Source of the DNA: Candidatus Moranbacteria bacterium GW2011_GWE1_49_15
GTDB lineage: Bacteria > Patescibacteriota > Minisyncoccia > Moranbacterales > GWC2-37-73
Reading direction: 5' to 3'
DNA length: 43,983 bases
Assembly: GCA_001003855.1 (NCBI GenBank)
Contig: LCPX01000011.1
Span: 3,681-47,663, forward strand
A program made the position numbers and the translations under genes. How positions within the stretch are numbered: position 1 is the first letter of the stretch; each line of letters starts with the position of its first letter. Below the pieces are notes generated by a model that saw only the letters and a program-made list of their open reading frames with translations, did no database searches and was not told where the DNA came from. This document shows, piece by piece, positions 1 to 7,530 of this stretch.

Positions 1-2
1 AG

Positions 3-182
3 GGCGGAGGAATTTCCTACGCCGTCCTGCAAAACCGCGATTTCGGCAACCTGATCGGAAACTTCGGGAGGGTGAGCAGTGCCGAGCTTGCGATCGCTTC
101 GGCAAACCGCGCCACGAACAAGTCGACCAAATCGGCATCCGCCGAACGGAGGATAGGTAGCCGGGACATTGTCCTGGCCTGA
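3..182 (+). CDS. 3' end of a hypothetical protein running in from the window edge
   Basis: Frame 3 is open from the window start (GGGISYAVLQNRDFGN...RDIVLA) to TGA at 180-182 and is followed by a terminator hairpin; no start in the window. Confidence 0.5.
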   Translation, partial: GGGISYAVLQNRDFGNLIGNFGRVSSAELAIASANRATNKSTKSASAERRIGSRDIVLA

Positions 183-215
183 ACCTTCACCGATCCCACC
201 CAAGCCTGAACGAAG

Positions 216-252
216 AAGACCCCTGGAGAAAACTCTCTCCCGGGGTCTTTTA
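216..252. terminator. Intrinsic terminator between convergent genes
   Basis: AAGACCCC...GGGGTCTT stem followed by a T-run. Confidence 0.6.
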
Positions 253-270
253 AATTTTCCGAAATAAATC

Positions 271-843
271 TTATCCGAACAATTCTTCCAAAATCATTTC
301 TTTCCCCTTCCCCGTCTTGGCCGAATAAAAAAATATCTTATGGTTGGAAAATTTCCCTTCCAAAATCTTGGCCATCTTCGCCATCTCCTTTTGATTGAGT
401 TTATCGGCCTTGTTGGCGACCACGATGAAATCATGCCCGCTTGAAACGAGCAGGTCCGCCATCTGAAGATCGAACTCCTTGGGTCCTGCCTGCGCGTCCA
501 AGATCAGCACCGCTTTTTTCAGGTTGGCTTCGGACCTTTCCAAGTACCACATGATCATCTTGCGCATCTTCTCCGCGTGGCTGGCCGAGAGCTTGGCATA
601 ACCGTATCCCGGAAGATCGACGAAATAAACTTTCTCGTCTATCAGGAAAAAGTTGATTTCTTTGGTTCGGCCCGGAGTGGAACTGGATTTGACCAGATTC
701 CTCATCCCGACCAAAGAATTGATCATGGAGGATTTACCCACATTGGACCTGCCCACGAAAGCGATTTGGGGTATTTTTTCCAAAAGGATCGGGTCCGTGC
801 CCACGATGCCTTTGATAAATTGTGCCGATTTTATTGGTTCCAT
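271..843 (-). CDS. engB: Ribosome biogenesis GTPase EngB/YihA/YsxC
   Basis: G1 GRSNVGKSS, SSTPGRT, G3 DLPGYGYAK, G4 NKADK, SAK; start moved to ATG 843 (MEPIKSAQF) because the upstream extension crosses a divergent promoter. Confidence 0.93.
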   Translation of the reverse strand: MEPIKSAQFIKGIVGTDPILLEKIPQIAFVGRSNVGKSSMINSLVGMRNLVKSSSTPGRTKEINFFLIDEKVYFVDLPGYGYAKLSASHAEKMRKMIMWYLERSEANLKKAVLILDAQAGPKEFDLQMADLLVSSGHDFIVVANKADKLNQKEMAKMAKILEGKFSNHKIFFYSAKTGKGKEMILEELFG

Positions 844-944
844 ATGGGAAGCATACGTAAAAAACGAAATTAGGGCAAGTTTATTCACCTTATTTGCAAG
901 AAATTGCAACCACAATACCCTTCGAAAACCACCCATGAAAATCC

Positions 945-973
945 TGGACAAATATCAAATTATATGCTATAAT
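945..973 (+). promoter_or_regulatory. Sigma70-type promoter with extended -10
   Basis: TGGACA-17 bp-TATAAT with TG at the extended -10 position, upstream of ORF 1029. Confidence 0.6.
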
Positions 974-1028
974 CTTAAGAATACGAAAATAGCCCTTTGA
1001 CAATAAACCATAGGAAAGGAGTCCGGAC

Positions 1029-1358
1029 TTGGACAAGAAATTCAGAAAAGGCGATTGGAAAAAACTGGAAAAAATCAAAGGTGAAATCGGCATAATCTTC
1101 CAGCCGGCAAAAGGCTCATGCCCTAAGCATTTCCTGCTTTATGTCATGACGCTCCTAGGACCGGTGGCGCTAGTGGAGGCGCACCTGTTCGGAGAAAAAC
1201 CCCTACCCCTCTGGAGTGAACTCCTGCAAAGGGAAATCCACCGCTTCGATGACTCCGTGAATGTGACCATCTTCGGTTATCTGGAAGAACAACAACCTAT
1301 TGAGAAAAAGGGCAACCTATATCAATTCCCTAGCAAAAAAGGAGGAGAGCGAAAATGA
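1029..1358 (+). CDS. Hypothetical protein
   Basis: TTG start after AAAGGAG; ATGA overlap with the next ORF; downstream of a promoter. Confidence 0.6.
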   Translation: MDKKFRKGDWKKLEKIKGEIGIIFQPAKGSCPKHFLLYVMTLLGPVALVEAHLFGEKPLPLWSELLQREIHRFDDSVNVTIFGYLEEQQPIEKKGNLYQFPSKKGGERK

Positions 1359-1612
1359 GAATAGGTGCGGTCAAAACAATCGCTGAAATTCCGGACAACG
1401 CCGTTTTCCGGGTTCCTCCCAAACACATGGGAGGACTCGCCTGGTACGAGGAGCTCTGGATGAAGGATGCGTCCAGACCGAACGGGGTCAAAAACGTGAC
1501 CCTCGTAGACGGAAAATTCGTCGAACGGGAGGTAGTCTGTTCGCGGACTTGCGAGCCCGTGACCTCCATGCAATACAACCTGCCAGTCGTGCTGGTGGCG
1601 CTTCGGAACTGA
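1355..1612 (+). CDS. Hypothetical protein
   Basis: GGAGGA SD, translationally coupled, followed by a terminator. Confidence 0.65.
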   Translation: MRIGAVKTIAEIPDNAVFRVPPKHMGGLAWYEELWMKDASRPNGVKNVTLVDGKFVEREVVCSRTCEPVTSMQYNLPVVLVALRN

Positions 1613-1633
1613 ACCTTTCCGCTTCAGAAAAAT

Positions 1634-1672
1634 AGAGCCCCAAGCTGAACAGCTTGGGGCTTTTTCTTTTTT
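1634..1672 (+). terminator. Intrinsic terminator
   Basis: AGCCCCAAGCTG-AA-CAGCTTGGGGCT followed by a T-rich tail. Confidence 0.8.
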
Positions 1673-1742
1673 CCGGAATTCAACACCCCGACCGGTTGTA
1701 TCAAAAACATAAGGATCGCCGCAGAAAAGGAGGTGTTGGCGG

Positions 1743-2039
1743 ATGTCGAAATACACCGCGATCAGAGCTCTTCTGAAAATGTCCCGGGTGATGGAAAGAC
1801 CGACCATGCCGACGATCGGGATTGTCGCAGTTGACGGAAGGATTTTCTCCATAGTCGAACCCATTCCGGGAACCGTGCGCTGGAGACAAAACGGACATGG
1901 ACTGGAAGGCATAGCCTTCGAAGCCTATGCCGACGGAAACGGGCTCTATGTCTTCTCCATAGGCGAACCTCCCGATTATGACGAGGGTTTCCATTCCATA
2001 GCCGTTCCGATCCAAGTCCAGTCCCTTTTAGTTCATTGA
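1743..2039 (+). CDS. Hypothetical protein
   Basis: AAGGAGGTG SD before the ATG; followed by a terminator. Confidence 0.65.
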   Translation: MSKYTAIRALLKMSRVMERPTMPTIGIVAVDGRIFSIVEPIPGTVRWRQNGHGLEGIAFEAYADGNGLYVFSIGEPPDYDEGFHSIAVPIQVQSLLVH

Positions 2040-2067
2040 GTGGGCGCTACGAAAAAATATGCCGCTC

Positions 2068-2092
2068 AGACAGGCTCCGCCTGTCTTTTTTT
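2068..2092 (+). terminator. Intrinsic terminator
   Basis: AGACAGGC-TCC-GCCTGTCT followed by a T-run. Confidence 0.7.
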
Positions 2093-2095
2093 ATC

Positions 2096-3103
2096 TCAGC
2101 CGGCTCCCCCTACCGTATTTATGGCGACGCCTTCGGAAAACGCCCTGAGATTCTCAGCCGTAGTGTTAAGGATCCTTTCCAAGGCTTCCTGCGAATAGAA
2201 GGCGATGTGCGGAGTGAAGACCACGTTATCTCTCTTGAGGATCTGCTCGTTGCGCACCAGTTCGCGCAGCTTGTCGTTGTCCTCCTTGTAATAGAGCATT
2301 TGCTTCTCGTCCAAAAGGAGCTCCTCCCCCTCCAAAACGTCCAGTGCGGCTCCTCCGATATACCCCTCGTCCAAGGCGTCGAAAAGCGCGTCCGTGTCCA
2401 CCACTCCCCCGCGCGCCGTATTGATCAGCAGCGCGCCTTTTTTCATCTTCATGATATTTTCCTTGTTGATCAGGTGGTGCGTGTTCTTGTTGTACGGAAC
2501 GTGGAGTGAGACTATATCGGAAGTGGCCAGTACCTCATCCAAGGGGGCGTATTCGAAATGCAAAACTTCGGAAAGGAAGTTGTCGGTCTGGACGTCGAAA
2601 GCTTTGACATGCATGCCGAAACCTTTCGCCATGCGTATCACATGGAGTCCGATTTTTCCCGTCCCGATGACTCCGAGCGTCTTGTCCTTGAGGTCGAATC
2701 CCTTGAGACCTTCGATGGAAAAATCCCCTCCGCTCGTGCGAAGGTATGATTTATGGACGTTTCTTGAAAGCGCCAAAATCAGGGCGAAGGTGTGCTCCGC
2801 CACCGTATTCTCCCCGTAATGCGGGACATTGGCCACCCCGATTCCCTTCTCCTTGCAATGCTCGACATCGATATGGTCGAAACCGGTGGACTGCGTCGCG
2901 ATGAATTTCAGTTTAGGCAATCGCTCGATTGTTTCCTTTTTGACTTTGGAATAAATGAAAACTGAAATCGCCTCGGCGTCCTTGGCCTTTTCGACGTTTT
3001 CTTCGGAAAGGGGCTCTTCGAAAAAAATGATTTCGTGATCCGGCAATCCGTCCCTGAGGAATTCCTGTTTCCACTTCTGCACTTCGAATATAGCTATCTT
3101 CAT
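2096..3103 (-). CDS. ldhA: D-isomer-specific 2-hydroxyacid dehydrogenase (D-lactate dehydrogenase-like)
   Basis: STGFDHID, VAEHTFALIL, GVIGTGKIG, LINTARG, LDVLEGE, TPHIAFYS motifs. Confidence 0.88.
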   Translation of the reverse strand: MKIAIFEVQKWKQEFLRDGLPDHEIIFFEEPLSEENVEKAKDAEAISVFIYSKVKKETIERLPKLKFIATQSTGFDHIDVEHCKEKGIGVANVPHYGENTVAEHTFALILALSRNVHKSYLRTSGGDFSIEGLKGFDLKDKTLGVIGTGKIGLHVIRMAKGFGMHVKAFDVQTDNFLSEVLHFEYAPLDEVLATSDIVSLHVPYNKNTHHLINKENIMKMKKGALLINTARGGVVDTDALFDALDEGYIGGAALDVLEGEELLLDEKQMLYYKEDNDKLRELVRNEQILKRDNVVFTPHIAFYSQEALERILNTTAENLRAFSEGVAINTVGGAG

Positions 3104-3122
3104 TTTTTTGTCGTTAATATCT

Positions 3123-3213
3123 TAAGACTCACGCGTTTGCTCTTGCTCGAACGAGCCTCTGTGCGTATTGACGCAAATACTCATTCTTACTGCGATCAAA
3201 AGCGTAAGTCTTA
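3123..3213. mobile_element. MITE-like element, copy 1 (91 bp)
   Basis: Imperfect terminal inverted repeats TAAGACTCACGCGTTTG...CAAAAGCGTAAGTCTTA; homologous in reverse orientation to 42589-42705. Confidence 0.65.
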
Positions 3214-3239
3214 ATAATTATACCAGTTTTCCCCGCAAC

Positions 3240-3267
3240 AAAAAACCCCCGCCTAGGCGGGGGTTTT
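3240..3267 (-). terminator. Intrinsic terminator of the RRM gene
   Basis: AAAACCCCCGCC-TA-GGCGGGGGTTTT with an A-run that reads as a U tail on the minus strand. Confidence 0.8.
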
Positions 3268-3290
3268 CATATTTCAAAAGAGTGTCCTAC

Positions 3291-3581
3291 TTAGTATCTG
3301 CTTCCACCGTTGAAATCCCTTTTAGGTCTCTCTTCGAGCGGCCTAGCTTCGTTTACCGTAAGGGTCCTTCCTTCGAACTCTTTTCCATGGAACATGTCGA
3401 TAGCCTTCTGAGCTTCCTCATCAGAGCTCATTTCCACGAATCCGAATCCTTTGGATCTTCCGCTCATTTTGTCAGTGATAATGTTCGCTGACTCGACTGT
3501 TCCGGCCTGGGAGAAATGCTCCTTAAGCGCGTCTTCAGTCGTGGCGTATGGAAGTCCTCCGACGTATAGTTTCTTTGCCAT
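3291..3581 (-). CDS. RRM (RNP-1) RNA-binding protein
   Basis: RNP2 LYVGGL, RNP1 KGFGFVEM, GRTLTVNEARP. Confidence 0.95.
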   Translation of the reverse strand: MAKKLYVGGLPYATTEDALKEHFSQAGTVESANIITDKMSGRSKGFGFVEMSSDEEAQKAIDMFHGKEFEGRTLTVNEARPLEERPKRDFNGGSRY

Positions 3582-3691
3582 TTTTTTCGTCTTATTGTTC
3601 TAATTAACTTTGTAAGGCGACCTCTCTACTTCGCCGCTCTTTCTCCTCACAAAACGAAGGGAAAACTAACGAAACACTTACAAGCAACTCC

Positions 3692-3720
3692 AGGATAGCA
3701 TATTTGGGCTCCATAGTCAA
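3692..3720 (-). promoter_or_regulatory. Sigma70-type promoter of the RRM gene
   Basis: TTGACT-17 bp-TATCCT with an extended TG. Confidence 0.6.
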
Positions 3721-3733
3721 TCCCGCAGTATAT

Positions 3734-4243
3734 TTAAGCGGTTTGTGCCGCGATTCCCTGTCCCATCTCCCCGATCTCGCTCTTGTAACGGTCCGCCACG
3801 GTTTTCAGATGATTCTCCGTGCTGTAGCGGAGCGCCAAAAGCAAAATCTCCAATTCCACGCTGTCCCCCTTGAAAACGTCGAAAAACCTCTTCTCGATCA
3901 TTGTCTGCTCCATCTTCACGGCGTTCCGCAGGGCGTCGACGAGCGATATCTCCTTTTCAGCTTCGAATATCTGGAGCTGGACATTCTTATAAAAATCCTC
4001 CAACAAATCCTTATTGAACCTGTGCTCTCCGAATTGCACCGTCCCGTCTTCTATCTTCTTCCTCAAGGTCCTTACCCAAGCTCCGTGCCCTAATTCGTCC
4101 TCGGTAAGCTCATCCCAAAATTTCTTCATGAAGGTGAATTTCTCCCCGTAAAGGGCGTAGAGTTCGCTCAATTTGTCTTCGTTTTTGGCAAGCTGGTCGG
4201 CGATATAAAACTGGTATTCCCTCTCGTCCATGGCATTTTTCAT
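3734..4243 (-). CDS. Ferritin-like/rubrerythrin-like four-helix protein
   Basis: E...Y, FW..L..DELGH and AVKME...TENH pattern of diiron ligands. Confidence 0.65.
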   Translation of the reverse strand: MKNAMDEREYQFYIADQLAKNEDKLSELYALYGEKFTFMKKFWDELTEDELGHGAWVRTLRKKIEDGTVQFGEHRFNKDLLEDFYKNVQLQIFEAEKEISLVDALRNAVKMEQTMIEKRFFDVFKGDSVELEILLLALRYSTENHLKTVADRYKSEIGEMGQGIAAQTA

Positions 4244-4309
4244 AATGATTATTACGCCTATATTATACCCCTTATGGGATCAAAATGAAACAGGGACAGC
4301 GCTGGGGGC

Positions 4310-5566
4310 TTAAAACCCTCTGAAGGAATTCTCGCCTGCCGCATAACCGGTACTCCAACAAGCCAAAAGATTGTATCCCCCGGTAGGCCCATCGACGTCC
4401 AGAACCTCCCCGGCAAAGAAAAGGTTGTCGATTTTTTTCGAGCGCATCGTTTTGGAATCCACCTCCTTGGTCGAGATTCCTCCGCTCGTCACCATGGCCC
4501 GATCGAATCCGAACAATTCCTTGACCGGAACTTCCAATCCCTTGATCAGAAAAACTATTTTCCTTCTTTCTTCCCTGCTGACTTTGGCGGCATGCTTTTC
4601 CGTGTCTATTTTTGAAAGCTTGAGCACCGCATCGCGGACTTTCTCGGAAAAAAGATCCCCTAGGCAGTTCGCCAGTTTCTTGCCCGCGTTCCTTTCCAGA
4701 TCGGCCCTGACGACCTCGTCCAATTTTTCAGCATCCATGTGCGGCTTGAGGTCCACTTTCAAAACCACGTCCCCGCTTTTCAAAAGATCCCTAATTTTCC
4801 CGCTGATGTTGAGCACCATCGGACCGCTCAACCCGAAATGAGCGACCAGCATTTCCCCCTGGCTTTCGAAAATTTTCTTGCCGTCCTGGTAGGCTCCAAC
4901 TTTGGCGTCAGAGAGGCTCACCCCTTGAAGGTCGGCCAGCCATTCGGCTTCCGATTTCACCGGTACGAGCGACGGCTCGGGATCCGCAACGGTATGCCCT
5001 ATTTTTTCAGCCCACCCATAGCCCTGCCCCGTGGAGCCGGAATGCGGATAGGATTTCCCTCCGGTGGCGATGATGTAGTTTTGAGCCACGACTTCCCTTC
5101 CGTCTTTCAAGACAAGTTTTTCAATGACGCTTCCCGAAAATCCGATTTCGGCAACCTCGCTTTCCATGAAAAAATTGACCCCGTTTTCCAAAAGCCTTTT
5201 CCTCAGCGTCCCGACCACGTCGGAAGCCTTTTCCGATTTGGGAAACACGCGTCCGTTTTTTTCCACCTTAAGACCCACTCCCAACCTTTCGAAATATCTG
5301 GAAAATTCTTCCGGCCCGAACTTGCGCAGAGCAGGAAGAAGGAATCTTCCGTTCTTATAAGATTGCGCCAACTTTTTCAGATCGCTCTCGGCCTGGGAAA
5401 TATTGCATCTTCCTCCCCCGGTCATCAGCAGTTTCGTGCCGAAAAAGTCTTTCTTCTCGACCAGGACCACCCGCGCCCCTTTTTCGGCCGCGCGCAAAGC
5501 CGCCATCATCCCCGCTGGCCCGCCGCCGACCACGGCAACGTCGAATTCGAATTTATTTTTTTCCAT
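4310..5566 (-). CDS. HI0933/BaiN family NAD(P)/FAD-dependent oxidoreductase
   Basis: GGGPAGMMAA, KLLMTGGGRCN, GRVFP, ATGGKSYP..GSTGQGY, HFGLSGP, GEVLDVDGPTGGYNL. Confidence 0.95.
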   Translation of the reverse strand: MEKNKFEFDVAVVGGGPAGMMAALRAAEKGARVVLVEKKDFFGTKLLMTGGGRCNISQAESDLKKLAQSYKNGRFLLPALRKFGPEEFSRYFERLGVGLKVEKNGRVFPKSEKASDVVGTLRKRLLENGVNFFMESEVAEIGFSGSVIEKLVLKDGREVVAQNYIIATGGKSYPHSGSTGQGYGWAEKIGHTVADPEPSLVPVKSEAEWLADLQGVSLSDAKVGAYQDGKKIFESQGEMLVAHFGLSGPMVLNISGKIRDLLKSGDVVLKVDLKPHMDAEKLDEVVRADLERNAGKKLANCLGDLFSEKVRDAVLKLSKIDTEKHAAKVSREERRKIVFLIKGLEVPVKELFGFDRAMVTSGGISTKEVDSKTMRSKKIDNLFFAGEVLDVDGPTGGYNLLACWSTGYAAGENSFRGF

Positions 5567-5634
5567 GATATCCGATAACCTTAATTTCTTATATGTCTAA
5601 AAATACTACACCAAACGGGCCGCGCTGTCCAAAG

Positions 5635-5682
5635 AAAAGATAAAATCCGTTCTCCGCCAACCGGCGGAACGGATTTTATCTT
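5635..5682 (-). terminator. Long hairpin/terminator with a 16-bp palindrome in its loop
   Basis: AAGATAAAATCCGTT...AACGGATTTTATCTT stem with a U-rich tail on the minus strand. Confidence 0.65.
5653..5668. repeat. 16-bp palindromic repeat TCCGCC-N4-GGCGGA
   Basis: TCCGCCAACCGGCGGA; related copies at 28249, 33079, 39449 and 42639. Confidence 0.75.
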
Positions 5683-5731
5683 CACCCTTTTTTTCTCCAG
5701 CCGAACCCCCTTGCGGCGCAGTACCCATGCC

Positions 5732-5794
5732 TCAGGATACCAATATCTTCGCAAGAACTAAGACAAAAGTGATAACCATGATTCTCGCTTTCAT
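5732..5794 (-). CDS. Candidate 20-aa hydrophobic small protein MKARIMVITFVLVLAKILVS
   Basis: ATG preceded by the A-rich leader seen at other starts in this window, and followed by a terminator. Confidence 0.4.
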   Translation of the reverse strand: MKARIMVITFVLVLAKILVS

Positions 5795-5916
5795 AATTAC
5801 TTTTGTTTTAATTTTTACATGCACTATTAAATACCACGCAAAAAAATCTTTATTTCAATTTTTTAGCCCAACCCCTTTACATCCGGATAAAAGTATGGCA
5901 AGATAATAGGAATGGA

Positions 5917-6030
5917 AAATTTTAAATTATAAATTTGAAATTTTAAGTGAATTTTAAATGTTTCAATTTCTATTGATTAAAAATTCAGATTTGATTTAAA
6001 ATTTAAAATTAAAAATTGTAAATTTAGCTA
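5917..6030. repeat. AT-rich heptamer-periodic inverted-repeat element
   Basis: Degenerate ~7-bp units (AATTTTA/AATTATA/AATTTGA) mirrored by TAAAATT/AAAAATT units. Confidence 0.6.
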
Positions 6031-6032
6031 AT

Positions 6033-7001
6033 ATGCTCATAGATGATGTAAAACTTAAGATAACGGCAGGAAAAGGGGGCACCGGAGCCGTCAATTTCAA
6101 CAAGAATATGATGATGCTCGGACCGACCGGCGGAAGCGGAGGAGACGGCGGAAGCGTCTTTGTCGAGGGGATTTCCGATCTGGGCGCCCTGGGACAATTC
6201 CGCTTCAAAAAAGAAATCCGCGCCGATGACGGAAAGGACGGGCGCGGGCAATTCCGCGACGGATCCGACGGACCGGAGCTCGTGCTACAAGTCCCCGTAG
6301 GCACGGTCCTCCATAATCTCACCAAAAACGAAACCCATGAAATAACGTCTGTGGGACAAAAGGTGCTTTTGGCCAAAGGAGGAAACGGCGGCAAGGGCAA
6401 TTTCCTTTTCAGATCCGCACGTAACACCTCCCCCGAACAATTCCAAGAGGGTCTTCCCGGCGAAAGCTTCGATTTCCGCTTGGAGCTAAAAATGATCGCG
6501 GACGTCGGTTTCGTGGGTCTTCCCAACGTGGGAAAATCCAGCTTGCTTAACGAACTGACCAACGCCAGCGCCAAAGTCGCCAACTACCGCTTCACTACCT
6601 TGGAGCCCAATCTGGGAGTGCACTACGGCCTGATTTTGGCCGACATCCCGGGCCTCATCGAAGGAGCCTCGGAAGGCAAAGGATTGGGACACAAATTCCT
6701 CAAACACATCGAGAGGACCAAAGTGCTTTTCCATTTCCTTGCGGCCGATTCGGAAAACCCATTGGAGGATTATGAAACCATCCGGGCCGAGCTAGGCGCG
6801 CACAACAGCGAGCTCCTGGGAAAACCTGAACATATCCTGATAAGCAGGGCCGACACGGTTTCCCCGGAAGAGCTCAAGAAAAAAATAAAATCCCTAAAAA
6901 AACTCAAAAAGGAAATAACCCCCATCTCCATCCTGGACGACGAGAGTCTGAAGCAAGTGAAGAAGATTTTGAATAAGATCGCGGACGAAAAAACGGCGTA
7001 A
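6033..7001 (+). CDS. obgE: GTPase ObgE/CgtA (short form without the C-terminal domain)
   Basis: Gly-rich Obg fold, GLPNVGKSS, YRFTTLEPNLG, DIPGLIEGASEGKGLG.FLKHIERT. Confidence 0.96.
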   Translation: MLIDDVKLKITAGKGGTGAVNFNKNMMMLGPTGGSGGDGGSVFVEGISDLGALGQFRFKKEIRADDGKDGRGQFRDGSDGPELVLQVPVGTVLHNLTKNETHEITSVGQKVLLAKGGNGGKGNFLFRSARNTSPEQFQEGLPGESFDFRLELKMIADVGFVGLPNVGKSSLLNELTNASAKVANYRFTTLEPNLGVHYGLILADIPGLIEGASEGKGLGHKFLKHIERTKVLFHFLAADSENPLEDYETIRAELGAHNSELLGKPEHILISRADTVSPEELKKKIKSLKKLKKEITPISILDDESLKQVKKILNKIADEKTA

Positions 7002-7013
7002 GCCGTTTTTTTA

Positions 7014-7054
7014 AATTTACATTTTTCAATTTTCAATTCACAATAAATTTTCAA
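7014..7054. repeat. Left arm of the inverted repeat flanking the four-helix-bundle gene
   Basis: 7033-7054 TCAATTCACAATAAATTTTCAA is the exact reverse complement of 7452-7473; the match extends outward after a short indel. Confidence 0.8.
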
Positions 7055-7082
7055 CTTCCAATTTTAAAAGCGATCTTTTTAT

Positions 7083-7448
7083 TTATTGAACCTTATTTAA
7101 GGAATTTATTATTTTTTGAAAAATAAAAATAAACTCCTGGCATTCCTGGATGAGATTGCCTATCTCGCTCTCTTTAATTAAACTCGATTTCTTCAACAAC
7201 CGTAACCAGTATTTGGTTTCTTGGGATTCTTTTTTGCAGATAAATATTTTGTTTTTAAAATCCTTTCTAGAGCAAGCATTGTTGGCTTCGCAATAATTAG
7301 CCCCGACACTGGTTCCTGAGCGCATCAATTGGTTTATTATGGGCCTTGTTATGATATTTTTTTCAATACTCCTACAAAGATCTATTATGTTTTCACTAAA
7401 AACGGATGTTCTTTCTTCCAAATCATAATTTTTTGTTTTATCATTCAT
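7083..7448 (-). CDS. Four helix bundle protein (23S rRNA-IVP/Avd-like family)
   Basis: DLEERT..F, QLMRSGTSVGANYCEA, SRKDF.NKI.ICKKESQETKYWLRLL; AT-rich. Confidence 0.92.
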   Translation of the reverse strand: MNDKTKNYDLEERTSVFSENIIDLCRSIEKNIITRPIINQLMRSGTSVGANYCEANNACSRKDFKNKIFICKKESQETKYWLRLLKKSSLIKESEIGNLIQECQEFIFIFQKIINSLNKVQ

Positions 7449-7451
7449 ATT

Positions 7452-7485
7452 TTGAAAATTTATTGTGAATTGATAAATGTAAATT
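7452..7485. repeat. Right arm of the inverted repeat flanking the four-helix-bundle gene
   Basis: TTGAAAATTTATTGTGAATTGA...AAATGTAAATT is complementary to 7014-7054. Confidence 0.8.
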
Positions 7486-7494
7486 AATCAATAT

Positions 7495-7527
7495 AAAAAA
7501 ACAGGCTCATAAAGAGCCTGTTTTTTT
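7495..7527. terminator. Intrinsic terminator after the giant gene
   Basis: A7-CAGGCTC-ATAAA-GAGCCTG-T7. Confidence 0.8.
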
Positions 7528-7530
7528 ATT

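Noticed and set aside
844..951. N-terminal extension of engB in the ORF track
   Set aside because: It crosses the intergenic promoter region; the family-like sequence starts at ATG 843
7083..7448. Diversity-generating retroelement suggested by the Avd-like gene
   Set aside because: No reverse transcriptase and no TR/VR pair with adenine-specific mismatches was seen in the window
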